A DNA stretch of 64,000 bases from Spirochaetota bacterium (GCA_024274705.1 JAJSAL010000041.1:1684-65683); one strand, 5' to 3'. Shown: positions 29,592-39,409, numbered from the stretch's first letter. A program made the numbers and translations. Notes: generated by a model not told the origin, from the letters alone.

Positions 29592-30338
29592 CTACCGTTT
29601 CAGTTTGATCTGGAATTTATACCTGTCACTGCGATAGACACCTTCAGCGTATTCAATAGGAATCCCTTGTGTGTCATAGGTGGTGTTTCTTATCAGGAGC
29701 ACGCACTCTCCCGGTTGAATTCCCAACAGCTCAGCTTCATATTCCATTGCGACCGTTGCTTCAACTTCCTTATCAGCTCCTGCAATCGGCCGGTCGCAGC
29801 GGTTCTCGATCAGCCAATACATGGACACAGAAAAATCGTCATGTTCCTTGAGCCCGAGATCGTAACGAAGATAAGAGGTGAAGAGCGCTATGGGCTCATT
29901 GTTTATATATCGCAGTCTCTGTACATACAGGATTTTCTCTTCCGGTCTGATGTCAAGATGGTTAGCGATTCTCTCGGGCGCCCCGATACACTTGACTTCC
30001 AGAACCCGGGTTTTTACTTTTGCTCCCTGGGCTATCATTTTCTCGGTAAAACTTTTCAGGCTTGTAAATTGTTCAACCATCCTTCTGGGAGCAACCGCCG
30101 TTCCTTTTCCCTGTTTTCTCACCAGAAGATCCTCATAAACCAGTCCTTCCAAGGCGTTCCGAACTGTTATCCGGCTGACGTTATACCGTTTTTGCAATTC
30201 CGCTTCACTGGGAATGAGCCGGCCTTCATGGTAATGCCCCTTGAGGATTTTTTGCCTGATTATTTCCTGCAACTGGAAATAGAGGGGAACCGGACTTCTT
30301 TCATCGAGTTTATCTTTCTCACGATCTTGATTTGTCAT
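29592..30338 (-). CDS. GntR/HutC-family regulator with UTRA domain
   Basis: PLYFQL, IPSE.EL...Y.VSRITVRNAL, QGKGT and YRSDRY motifs. Confidence 0.92.
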   Translation of the reverse strand: MTNQDREKDKLDERSPVPLYFQLQEIIRQKILKGHYHEGRLIPSEAELQKRYNVSRITVRNALEGLVYEDLLVRKQGKGTAVAPRRMVEQFTSLKSFTEKMIAQGAKVKTRVLEVKCIGAPERIANHLDIRPEEKILYVQRLRYINNEPIALFTSYLRYDLGLKEHDDFSVSMYWLIENRCDRPIAGADKEVEATVAMEYEAELLGIQPGECVLLIRNTTYDTQGIPIEYAEGVYRSDRYKFQIKLKR

Positions 30339-30378
30339 AACTTGTTATAACGTTATAATATGATATAATAAATGTCAA
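30332..30378 (-). promoter_or_regulatory. gntR promoter with HutC-type operator repeats
   Basis: TTGACA-17-TAACGT on minus strand; perfect palindrome TTATAACGTTATAA (30345-30358) and tandem TTGT(C/T)ATAAC. Confidence 0.65.
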
Positions 30379-30422
30379 GTCCTTTTTTTCATATAAAGCT
30401 TGACCGTGGATGTGGGATCAGC

Positions 30423-30486
30423 TGTGTTAACAATTATAACACAATGTAAATAAATACTTTACAAGCTTTACAACCCGTTATATACT
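30423..30486 (+). promoter_or_regulatory. Promoter of the XRE/ygeY operon with two N7-spaced inverted repeats
   Basis: TGTGTTA-N7-TAACACA (30423-30443), TGTAAA-N7-TTTACA (30445-30463); TTTACA-17-TATACT. Confidence 0.65.
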
Positions 30487-30531
30487 CAGGTCACGCATAA
30501 TAACCACATCATAAGGATTTAGCACAACCAT

Positions 30532-31071
30532 ATGATCGGGAAACGTATCAATACCAGGCGCCAGGAACTGGGTTTGAGTCTCCGGGAACTGGCACAGCAG
30601 ACCGACCTGACAGCCAGCTACTTAAGCCAGGTAGAGAGGGACCTGACGGATCCTTCCATCAAATCTCTCCGGAAGATTGCGGATGCCCTCAAAGTTCCGA
30701 TCATGTATTTTCTCGAAGAAGAGACAGAGTCTCCGAACCCGGTAATTCGAAAGGGTGAACGAAAAAAACTCAATCTTCCCTCTTCCCGCATCGTATACGA
30801 ACTGCTGACCCCGGACCTGGACAGGAAAATGGAAATGTTCGTGTGCCGGCTTCAACCTGACGAGGAGAACATTGCCGCACCACTTAAGTCACCTACAGAG
30901 GAATGTCTCCTGGTGTTAAGGGGGTGTATCTGTATCGAACTGGAGGGAAACGTGCACGAACTATATGAGGGAGACAGCATCTATTTCGAAGGGCAGAAAC
31001 TGGCAAAAATCTTCGCCAAAGGAAAAGACAAGGCGGTGTTCGTGTCCGCCATTACTCCGGCGGTTTTCTAA
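30532..31071 (+). CDS. XRE-family HTH regulator with cupin sensor domain (PuuR-like)
   Basis: IG.RI..RRQELGLSLRELA, YLSQVER and C-terminal EE.L.VL.G...GDSIYF cupin. Confidence 0.9.
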   Translation: MIGKRINTRRQELGLSLRELAQQTDLTASYLSQVERDLTDPSIKSLRKIADALKVPIMYFLEEETESPNPVIRKGERKKLNLPSSRIVYELLTPDLDRKMEMFVCRLQPDEENIAAPLKSPTEECLLVLRGCICIELEGNVHELYEGDSIYFEGQKLAKIFAKGKDKAVFVSAITPAVF

Positions 31072-31085
31072 AGGAGGGTAATGAA

Positions 31086-32282
31086 ATGAGCGGTATTTTC
31101 AGGCAGGTCAAAGATTACCTGTCGAAGGAGGAGGAGAACCTGGTCGGTTTTCTTTCGGAAATCATCGACATAAAGAGTATTACAGGGAAGGAAGAGGCGG
31201 TTATCAGGCGTGTAAAGGAAGAGATGGAGCGGTCCGGTTTTGATGAAGTGATGGTGGACTCCATCGGCAACGTGGCCGGCAGGATCGGAAGCGGTCCGAA
31301 GACTATCGTGCTCGATGCCCATATCGACACGGTGGATGTGGATATGGACAAGTGGGACTCCGATCCGTTCAAAGCGGTGATAAAGGACGGAAAACTCTAC
31401 GGCCGGGGCGCCTGTGATGATAAAGGGCCATTTGCAGCCCTTCTGTTTGCAGGGAAGGCCATGAAGACCCTGGACCTGGTGCGGGATTTTACCGTGTATA
31501 TTTCAGGGAGCGTTTCCGAAGAAGATTGCGAGGGCCTGGCCCTGGGTTCGTTCTTAAGGGAAAAGAATATTAATCCGGATTTTGTTGTCATCGCCGAGGC
31601 CAGCGATCTGATGATATGCCGGGGACACCGGGGAAGGGCCCTCATCGAGGCGGATTTCCCGGGGAAATCCGTCCATGCCAGCATCCACGAACAGGGTGAA
31701 AATCCCATCGAGAAAGCACTGCCCTTTGCTTCAGCCGTGGCGGAACTGGATAAAAACCTTAGTGAAGATCCGGAGTTGGGCAAGGGGGATATCACGGTAA
31801 CCAGGATGGAGTGTACTTCTGTTTCTGTAAATACAGTCCCTTCGTCCTGCAAAGTGATTATGGACAGGAGGATGACCACCCTTGACAGCAGGGAAAGCAT
31901 CTTGAAAGAGATGAGCTCACTCCCTAATGCAGACATGGCGGTAATCAGGTTTATCGAATACCGGGATAAGAGTTACAACGGGTACGTAAAAGAGGCGGAA
32001 GAATACTTTCCCGCCTGGGTCCTGGATGAAGATCACCCTCTTATTCAGGGAACGGTACAGGCGTATACGAAGATGTTCGGGAAAGACCCCACGGTTACTG
32101 TCTGGGGTTTCAGCACCAACGGTACCTATACCATGGGACAGGCAGGTATTCCAACGGTGGGGTTCGGCCCGGGGAAAGGGGAACTGGCCCACGGAAACAA
32201 CGAGTATATCGATGTCAGCGACTTAAAGGAAGCAGCCATGTTTTACGCTTGTCTTCCCTCAGTACTGAGTGCAAAGGATTGA
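31086..32282 (+). CDS. ygeY: YgeY-like M20 metallo-hydrolase
   Basis: DAHIDTV, GRGACDDKG, SEEDCEG, GHRGR, FSTNG and GFGPG..AH motifs. Confidence 0.75.
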   Translation: MSGIFRQVKDYLSKEEENLVGFLSEIIDIKSITGKEEAVIRRVKEEMERSGFDEVMVDSIGNVAGRIGSGPKTIVLDAHIDTVDVDMDKWDSDPFKAVIKDGKLYGRGACDDKGPFAALLFAGKAMKTLDLVRDFTVYISGSVSEEDCEGLALGSFLREKNINPDFVVIAEASDLMICRGHRGRALIEADFPGKSVHASIHEQGENPIEKALPFASAVAELDKNLSEDPELGKGDITVTRMECTSVSVNTVPSSCKVIMDRRMTTLDSRESILKEMSSLPNADMAVIRFIEYRDKSYNGYVKEAEEYFPAWVLDEDHPLIQGTVQAYTKMFGKDPTVTVWGFSTNGTYTMGQAGIPTVGFGPGKGELAHGNNEYIDVSDLKEAAMFYACLPSVLSAKD

Positions 32283-32284
32283 TT

Positions 32285-33601
32285 ATGGGAACGCTGCTTT
32301 TGGGAAGCTATCTTCTGGGTGAACAGGGACAGGCACGGAAAGGGTGGGGCGTCGCGTTTCATGAGGATACTATAGAGGAAACCGGTCCCAATGGTATGCT
32401 GAAGGAGAAGTATCCTCGTTATGAGGTGCTGGACTGCACGGGTAAGATTATCTCCCCTGGATTTGTAAACGCCCATATGCACTGTTACGGGGTCCTTGCC
32501 CACGGAATTACCGTTCCCGCACGTATCGACAGCTTTGAGAGTTTTCTGGATGATTTCTGGTGGCCCCTGGTGGAGAACCGGATCGATTATAAAATGATCG
32601 AGGTGACAACCCGGAACGCAGTCATGGAGCTCCTTGCAAGCGGCGTTACCTCCTTCTGTGACGTGCTGGAAGCCCCTTATGCCGTTCCCGGTGCTCTTGA
32701 AACCCAGGCGCGTGTTCTCGACGAGACAGGTATGAGGGGGGTGCTCTCCTTTGAGGCCTGCCAGCGCATCAGCGATGAGAACGGTTTGCAGGGTCTTAAT
32801 GAAAACAGGGATTTCTACCTGAACTACCAGCGCCATCCCCGTATTTCCGGTATGATGTGTATTCACACAACCTTTACCTGCGACAAAGATTTTATCCGGA
32901 AAGCGAAAGCTTTGGCCCGGGAGGCCGGCTCGGGTATACAGATGCATCTCTCCGAGAGTAAATATGAACCTGCACAATGTCTCGGGAACCACGGTAATCT
33001 GCCGGTGGAACTCTACGATGAACTCGGGATTTTAGGGAGTGATGTTCTGGCCTCCCAGGGAGTGAAGCTGGAAGAACGGGAAATCGATATCATCGCCCGC
33101 CGGGGGATGAATATAGTGCATGTCCCTTTAAGCAACTGTGAAGTAGGCGGGGGTGTCTCCCCGGTTCCGAAACTCCTGGATAAAAAGATCACTGTAGCCC
33201 TTGGCACGGACGGGTATATCAATAATTTTTTCGAGGTGATGCGGGGTGCCTTCCTCATTCACAAGGCCTTCAGCGAGAACCCGGAGGTCATGCCGGCAGA
33301 AACGGTGTTTACCATGGCAACCGAATTCGGCGGCAGGGCCCTGCGTAAATGGAAGACCGGTGTTCTCAAAGCGGGGTATAAGGCGGACATCATCACCATC
33401 GAACCTGCACTGCCGACCCCGCTGAATGCAGACAATATCTATGATCAGCTTATTCTGTACTGCAACCCGGTAAACGTGAAAGAGGTGTTTGTAAACGGCA
33501 GGCTCCTGAAAAAAGGAGGCCGTCTTCCGGATTTTGATGAGCAGGCCGTCAGGAAAGACGTGCAGGAGCAGGCTCTCCGTCTATGGGAGGACATAAGATG
33601 A
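32285..33601 (+). CDS. SsnA-like amidohydrolase
   Basis: PGFVNAHMHCYG, FWW, HTTFT, HLSES and LGTDG motifs; position in a ygeY/xdh cluster. Confidence 0.78.
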   Translation: MGTLLLGSYLLGEQGQARKGWGVAFHEDTIEETGPNGMLKEKYPRYEVLDCTGKIISPGFVNAHMHCYGVLAHGITVPARIDSFESFLDDFWWPLVENRIDYKMIEVTTRNAVMELLASGVTSFCDVLEAPYAVPGALETQARVLDETGMRGVLSFEACQRISDENGLQGLNENRDFYLNYQRHPRISGMMCIHTTFTCDKDFIRKAKALAREAGSGIQMHLSESKYEPAQCLGNHGNLPVELYDELGILGSDVLASQGVKLEEREIDIIARRGMNIVHVPLSNCEVGGGVSPVPKLLDKKITVALGTDGYINNFFEVMRGAFLIHKAFSENPEVMPAETVFTMATEFGGRALRKWKTGVLKAGYKADIITIEPALPTPLNADNIYDQLILYCNPVNVKEVFVNGRLLKKGGRLPDFDEQAVRKDVQEQALRLWEDIR

Positions 33602-34689
33602 GTATAAATCTTACCACCGAACTTTTCGGTTACACCCTGCAGAGTCCGGTGATCCTTGGCTCGGGACCGATAAGTTACGGCGCTGAAGGTATTATCCGGG
33701 CCCACAAGGCGGGTATCGGTGCTGTAACGACGAAGACTATCCGGGACAAGAAAGCGGATAATCCTTTTCCACACATCGCTTTCAACGGCAGTAACAGCCT
33801 GATCAATGCGGAGAAGTGGACCGATTTTCCGGCTGAGCAGTGGGTGGAAGAGGAGATCCCGAAGGCTAAGGAAGGAGGGGCGGTTGTCATCGGCAGTATC
33901 GGCCATACCCCGGAGGAAGTGGAACACTGGGTGGGTCCCGTGGATCGGGCCGGGGCGGACATGATCGAGCTTGTCTCGTACATGCCGGAAACCATCGCTT
34001 CCATGACGGCGAAGGCGAAAAAATTGACTGGTAAACCTGTTATCGTAAAACTGAGTCCGAACTGGACGGACCCGGTACAGGCGGCGAAAGACGTACTGAA
34101 TGCAGGGGCCGACGGCATTACAGCCATGGACTCCATTGGCCCGGTTTTGAGGATCAATATCCGGACCGCCCGGCCCATGCTTGGAGGAGAACACGGATAC
34201 GGCTGGCTTACAGGTTCCGCCATCAAGCCGGTGATAGTGCGTTACGTTGCGGAGATCGCGGTAATTACGGATAAACCGATTATCGGTATCGGTGGAGTGA
34301 TGAATCCTGAAGACGCGGTTGAGATGCTCATGGCAGGTGCTACCCATGTGGGAGTGTGTACGGCTCCCATTTTAAAAGGGGTGGAATACATCGGCAAGCT
34401 CAATACCGGTATCGCAGGGCTCCTGCAGGATCTGGGCTATGTTTCCCTGGCTGATGTGTCCGGCGCTGCTCTTCAGAATCTTCCGAAAGATGAAATAATG
34501 GAGAAATTTTCATTTCATTTCCACCGGGATACCTGTACGGCCTGTATGCGCTGCGTCCAGGTGTGCCCTTACGACGCCAGGACGTTAAGTGAGAAGAAAG
34601 AGATGGACTTGAATGAAGAGCTTTGCAGGTACTGCGGACTATGCACAACCGTGTGTAATCCCGGAGCTTTAAAAGGAGAGATCCGATGA
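33598..34689 (+). CDS. Dihydroorotate/dihydropyrimidine dehydrogenase-like FMN enzyme with C-terminal 2x[4Fe-4S] (PreA-like)
   Basis: SGP, TTKT, VKLSPN, G.AIKP and GIGGV motifs; CTACMRCVQVCP and CRYCGLCTTVC. Confidence 0.82.
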   Translation: MSINLTTELFGYTLQSPVILGSGPISYGAEGIIRAHKAGIGAVTTKTIRDKKADNPFPHIAFNGSNSLINAEKWTDFPAEQWVEEEIPKAKEGGAVVIGSIGHTPEEVEHWVGPVDRAGADMIELVSYMPETIASMTAKAKKLTGKPVIVKLSPNWTDPVQAAKDVLNAGADGITAMDSIGPVLRINIRTARPMLGGEHGYGWLTGSAIKPVIVRYVAEIAVITDKPIIGIGGVMNPEDAVEMLMAGATHVGVCTAPILKGVEYIGKLNTGIAGLLQDLGYVSLADVSGAALQNLPKDEIMEKFSFHFHRDTCTACMRCVQVCPYDARTLSEKKEMDLNEELCRYCGLCTTVCNPGALKGEIR

Positions 34690-36989
34690 AAACCGATTTC
34701 AGATGTGTGAATAAACGGGAAGCAAGGATAGATGCCGCTGAAAAAGTAACGGGGAAGGTGAAATTCGCGGCGGACCTTAACTTCGGCAGCCAGATGTACG
34801 CACAGACCGTGTATTCCCGGTTTCCCCACGCAAAAATTATGAATATAGATACCGGTGCTGCGGAAGCCATGCAAGGTGTGGTTATGGTTATGACCGCCAA
34901 GGATATCCCCGGTCCGAACCTGTTGTTCGGAAGATTTCCGGTTCTGGCGGAGGAAGAAGTAAAGTATATCGGCGACGGCGTTGCCGTTGTAGCTGCAGAG
35001 TCCATGGATATCGCAAAGGAAGCCGCCGATCTCGTTAAGGTAACCTACAGGGAAATAAAAGAAAGTGTGTTCAGCCTGGAAGATGCACTGAAAGAAGGCG
35101 CCCCCTTAGTCCATGAAGATGAAAAAGGAAACATCATAGAGAATACCCATTACAGAATGCGGGCAGGGGATGTAGAGAAAGGATTTGCCGAGGCAGATGT
35201 GGTTCTGGAACGGAGATACTGGACTCACTTTGTAGACCAGGCGTATATAGAGCCTGAAGCGGTAATAGCACTTCCCGATTCTTACCGGGTGGGCGTGGAA
35301 ATTCATGGTTCCATACAGAATCCATATTCTATCCAGCAGAATGTTGCAGATATCCTGGGGATGAAGATAAACCGGGTGAAAGTGATTCAGAGCACCATAG
35401 GAGGCAGTTTCGGGGGTAAGGACGAATCGGTTATGCTCATGGCTGCCAGGACGGCTGTCATGGCAATGAAGACCGGAAGGCCGGTGAAAATGGTGCTCAC
35501 CCGGGAAGAGTCGTTCCTTGAAAGCTGCAAACGCCATCCCCACCTGATGCATTATAAGATTGGGGCTAAAAAGGACGGTACTATCACCGCTGTGGAGGAC
35601 CGTATCGACGTTCAGGGAGGGGCATACAACAACAAGGCCATGTTCCTTAACTGGCGGGGGTCGGTTCATGCTGCAGGAACCTATTACATCCCCAATGTGA
35701 AAACCGATGTGTACGGCGTATACACCCATACAATCTACGGTGGGGCCTACCGCGGGTTTTCCGCACCGCAGATCGTTTTCGGCAACGAGTCCCTTATCGA
35801 TGAGCTTGCATACGAACTGGGCATAACGCCTAAAGAGATTCGCCTTAAAAACTGTCTGAAACCGGGAGATGAACTGGCCACAGGACAGATCCTGGAACCC
35901 GGGAAGATCCCCGCGCCTCTTACGGAGATGATTGAAGATGTCTGCTTAAGGGTCGATTTTGACGGGAAATGGATACGGTATCAGGAAGAAAACAGATCGG
36001 ATAACCATATCAAGAGGGGAATCGGTCTTTCCTGTACCTTTCGGGGTACCGGCTTGGGCGGTGAAGGGATAGACACCGCGGGAGCTACTGTAACGATTAT
36101 CAAGGACGGTAGTGTGATTATCCAGAGCGGCCTTACCGAAATGGGGCAGGGGATGCGCACGGCACACGCCCAGGTAGTGGCGGAAGTGCTGGGTATCTCC
36201 TTGGGCAGGATCACCTTTCTAAATACCGACACAACTGCTGTGATGGACGGCGGTCCCACCGTGGCCTCAAGGGGACTTCTTGCCGGGGGAAACGCCATGC
36301 TCATCGCGGCGGACAAGCTGAAAAAGCGGATCCACAGCGAAGCTGCACAAGCGCTGGGCTGCAAACCGGAAAACCTGGAAAGCAGGAACGATCTCATCTT
36401 TAAAAAGGATGATGAATCTGTCTCCATCACCTTCGAAGAGATGGTCCGGAAGTGCATTTTTCAACAGGGGCTCTCTTTAAGTGCCCAGGGGTGGCACAAC
36501 CCCGGCCCGGAAAAACTTTCCCACGAGACCGGCAGGGGAAACTGCTACCCGTCATACATCTACGGAGTCTGTGCAGCGGAAGTGACCGTAGATACGGAAA
36601 CAGGAAAGGTGGATGTGGAAAGAATCACCGCCGCCTACGAAGTGGGAAGGGCTATCAATCCCCAGATCGTTGAAAGCCAGATGTACGGAGGCATGCTCCA
36701 GGGTATGGGCTTCTGCATCATGGAAGAACTGAAGGAAGAGGAGGGTTATCTTAAGACTCTCAATTATGATAACTACCTTATCCCCGGTATCGGTGATATG
36801 CCGGAGATCGAAGTCATCCTCTATGAATCGGATGACAATGTGGGACCTTTCGGTGCAAAAGGGGTAGGCGAGATCAGTGTGGAACTGCCTGCCCCGGCAA
36901 TAGCCAATGCGGTTTTCCACGGAACAGGCAGGAGGGTTCGGGACCTTCCTCTCAACTTAGAGAGGGTCCTTCTGGGAAAGGCTCTGTAA
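34686..36989 (+). CDS. Xanthine dehydrogenase-family molybdopterin-binding subunit
   Basis: KVTG, IEPE, GGSFGGK, AYRGF..PQ, EMGQG, GPTVASR and GAKGVGE motifs. Confidence 0.93.
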   Translation: MKTDFRCVNKREARIDAAEKVTGKVKFAADLNFGSQMYAQTVYSRFPHAKIMNIDTGAAEAMQGVVMVMTAKDIPGPNLLFGRFPVLAEEEVKYIGDGVAVVAAESMDIAKEAADLVKVTYREIKESVFSLEDALKEGAPLVHEDEKGNIIENTHYRMRAGDVEKGFAEADVVLERRYWTHFVDQAYIEPEAVIALPDSYRVGVEIHGSIQNPYSIQQNVADILGMKINRVKVIQSTIGGSFGGKDESVMLMAARTAVMAMKTGRPVKMVLTREESFLESCKRHPHLMHYKIGAKKDGTITAVEDRIDVQGGAYNNKAMFLNWRGSVHAAGTYYIPNVKTDVYGVYTHTIYGGAYRGFSAPQIVFGNESLIDELAYELGITPKEIRLKNCLKPGDELATGQILEPGKIPAPLTEMIEDVCLRVDFDGKWIRYQEENRSDNHIKRGIGLSCTFRGTGLGGEGIDTAGATVTIIKDGSVIIQSGLTEMGQGMRTAHAQVVAEVLGISLGRITFLNTDTTAVMDGGPTVASRGLLAGGNAMLIAADKLKKRIHSEAAQALGCKPENLESRNDLIFKKDDESVSITFEEMVRKCIFQQGLSLSAQGWHNPGPEKLSHETGRGNCYPSYIYGVCAAEVTVDTETGKVDVERITAAYEVGRAINPQIVESQMYGGMLQGMGFCIMEELKEEEGYLKTLNYDNYLIPGIGDMPEIEVILYESDDNVGPFGAKGVGEISVELPAPAIANAVFHGTGRRVRDLPLNLERVLLGKAL

Positions 36990-37006
36990 TGGGAGGAGAA
37001 TAGAAC

Positions 37007-37864
37007 ATGACGAAGAGAAGATTTATCAAAGCGGGTTCCCTGGAAGAAGCTGTAACGCTGCTGGGAACACACAAAGATGACTGTGCTCTCGTTGCAGGCG
37101 GTACAGACCTGATGGTGGAAATACATAAAGGATCCGTAACGGCTCGGAATCTGATCGACATAAGCAGGCTGGAAGAACTCATCTTTATCCGGGAGGAGAA
37201 GGAGACCATCAGTATCGGTTCTGCCACGACCCACATGGAGTGTATGGAACACGATATTATCAAACAGTATGCACCTGTCTTATCGGAAGCGTGCTCCAGG
37301 GTGGGATCGCCTCAGATCCGGAATAGGGGAACCCTGGGGGGCAACATTATTTCTGCGGCCGCCTGTGCGGACACCGTTCCTGCCCTTATCGTATTGAATG
37401 CGAAATGTCTCCTTAAGTCAGCGAAGGGTACGAGGGAACTGAAGGTAAGCGAGCTTATAACGGGACCGAACGAGACGGTCCGTAATTCTGACGAAATCTG
37501 TACGGCCATCGTTTTTGAGAAGATACCTGAAGGGGCAGGATACGAGTTTATCAAACTGATCCGGCGTAACAGTGTTGCCAAATCACGGCTCACCGTGGCG
37601 GTTATTGCACAACAGGACAGTGATAAAAGGGTAACAGATATCCGGATTTCCCTGGGTTCCACCACCCCGAGACCTCACAGGTTCACTTCTGCGGAAGAGC
37701 TGTTTCATGGAAACCTGCCTACAGAGGACCTGTTCCGGGAGGCCGGCGAAAAGGTATCCGCCGATATGATCGCCGTTACCGGAAACAGGTGGTCTACAGA
37801 ATATAAAAAACCCGTTGTCGAGGCGTTGACTGCAAGGGCTTTAAGGGCGGTGCTGGAGGTATGA
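37007..37864 (+). CDS. Xanthine dehydrogenase-family FAD-binding subunit
   Basis: AGGTDL and QIRNRGTLGGN motifs. Confidence 0.92.
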   Translation: MTKRRFIKAGSLEEAVTLLGTHKDDCALVAGGTDLMVEIHKGSVTARNLIDISRLEELIFIREEKETISIGSATTHMECMEHDIIKQYAPVLSEACSRVGSPQIRNRGTLGGNIISAAACADTVPALIVLNAKCLLKSAKGTRELKVSELITGPNETVRNSDEICTAIVFEKIPEGAGYEFIKLIRRNSVAKSRLTVAVIAQQDSDKRVTDIRISLGSTTPRPHRFTSAEELFHGNLPTEDLFREAGEKVSADMIAVTGNRWSTEYKKPVVEALTARALRAVLEV

Positions 37865-38340
37865 AAGATATGAACTCATTAGAAATACACCTTACCGTTA
37901 ACGGCAGACAATATTCAGTCGAAGTTGATCCCGCAAAACGTCTCCTGGATCTGCTCCGGGAAGACCTGCATCTTACGGGAGTCAAAGAAGGGTGTGGAAT
38001 CGGTGAATGCGGAGCCTGTACGGTCATCCTGGACGGAAAAACCGTCAACTCCTGTCTCGTCCTGGCAGGACAGGCAGAGGGCTCTGAAATCATCACCATC
38101 GAAGGGGTCCGGGGGAAAGAAGGAACCCTCCACCTTCTACAAGAGGCATTTATCGAAGCAGGGGCTGTTCAGTGCGGGTTCTGCACTCCCGGTATGATAT
38201 TGAGCGCGTATGCCCTCCTGGAATCAAAGTCCAAACCTTCCGTGGAAGAGATAAAGGAGGCGGTTTCCGGGAACTTGTGCAGGTGTACAGGGTATAAACA
38301 GATCATCCAGGCTGTGAACATCGCGGCTGAGAAATGGTAA
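37861..38340 (+). CDS. Xanthine dehydrogenase-family [2Fe-2S] subunit
   Basis: GCGIGECGACT, QCGFCTPG and NLCRCTGY motifs. Confidence 0.94.
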   Translation: MKDMNSLEIHLTVNGRQYSVEVDPAKRLLDLLREDLHLTGVKEGCGIGECGACTVILDGKTVNSCLVLAGQAEGSEIITIEGVRGKEGTLHLLQEAFIEAGAVQCGFCTPGMILSAYALLESKSKPSVEEIKEAVSGNLCRCTGYKQIIQAVNIAAEKW

Positions 38341-38398
38341 ACCTTGAAAAAATCCGGCATGGATTGCCGGTATATATAGTACTTAAGGAGAATCCACA

Positions 38399-39388
38399 AT
38401 GTACAGCAGTTTTAGAAACAAGCATCTTATAACTACTCAGGACTGGTCCGTAGAAGAAATCGACAAATGTATTAATACGGCAGCAAGACTCAAGGAAGAG
38501 CGGCAACTCGGCATATATCACGATCACATCCTACGGGCAAAGACGTTTTTCATGCTCTTTTTCGAAGAATCCACCAGGACCCGGAATGCATTTGAAGCTG
38601 GTGTGCATCAATTGGGAGGTCATGCCCACTTTCTTACACCCAAGGCGACCCAGATCGATCATGGGGAGACCCCGAAGGATACAATCAAGGTGTTAAGCCG
38701 GTACGGTGAAGGTATCGGCGTCAGAAAGACCTATGGTGACGGGACCAGCTATATGCGCGCCCTGGCAGAATACTCGGATATTCCCATCCTGAATATGCAG
38801 TGTGATGTGTATCATCCCACCCAGGCCCTGGCGGACCTGATGACGATACGGGAGAAATTCGGAAACGACTTTCGTGGAAAGAAGTTCGTCATCTCCTGGA
38901 CCTATGGTCCGAATTATATCCGCCCCCTGTCCATGCCCCATTCCCTGGTACTATTGATGACCCGCTTCGGTATGGACGTGACCCTGGCACACCCGAAGGA
39001 GTTCTCTCTGCAGCCGGATATTCTGGACCAAGCCCGGGCTAACGCCAAAGCGGCAGGGGTATCTTTTACAACCGTTCATTCCATGAAAGACGCTGTCGAG
39101 GACGCGCACATCGTGTACGCGAAAAGCTGGGGCCCGATCATGCACACAACCGATGAAAAAGAGGGCCTCGCCATAATAGACAACTATCCGAAGGGTTGGG
39201 TTGTGGACGCCTCCATGATGGCCCGGGCCAGGGAAGATGCGGTCTACATGCACTGTATGCCTGCAGACAGGGATATCGAAGTGACTTCGGAAGTTCTGGA
39301 CAGCCCGCAGTCGGTTATCTATGACGAAGCGGAAAACAGGCTCCATATCAACAAGGCGTTAATGGCTCTTACTATGTCAAACATCTAA
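38399..39388 (+). CDS. Carbamoyltransferase, YgeW-like
   Basis: STRT, HPTQ and HCMP motifs; SWTYGPNY.RPLS.P loop resembles YgeW rather than ArgF. Confidence 0.8.
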   Translation: MYSSFRNKHLITTQDWSVEEIDKCINTAARLKEERQLGIYHDHILRAKTFFMLFFEESTRTRNAFEAGVHQLGGHAHFLTPKATQIDHGETPKDTIKVLSRYGEGIGVRKTYGDGTSYMRALAEYSDIPILNMQCDVYHPTQALADLMTIREKFGNDFRGKKFVISWTYGPNYIRPLSMPHSLVLLMTRFGMDVTLAHPKEFSLQPDILDQARANAKAAGVSFTTVHSMKDAVEDAHIVYAKSWGPIMHTTDEKEGLAIIDNYPKGWVVDASMMARAREDAVYMHCMPADRDIEVTSEVLDSPQSVIYDEAENRLHINKALMALTMSNI

Positions 39389-39409
39389 AGAAAGGATGAC
39401 GGGGAACAT

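Noticed and set aside
31086-38340. Selenocysteine read-through in the ygeY/ssnA/xdh genes
   Set aside because: All ORFs are full length for their families with no internal TGA; a labile Se cofactor cannot be judged from sequence
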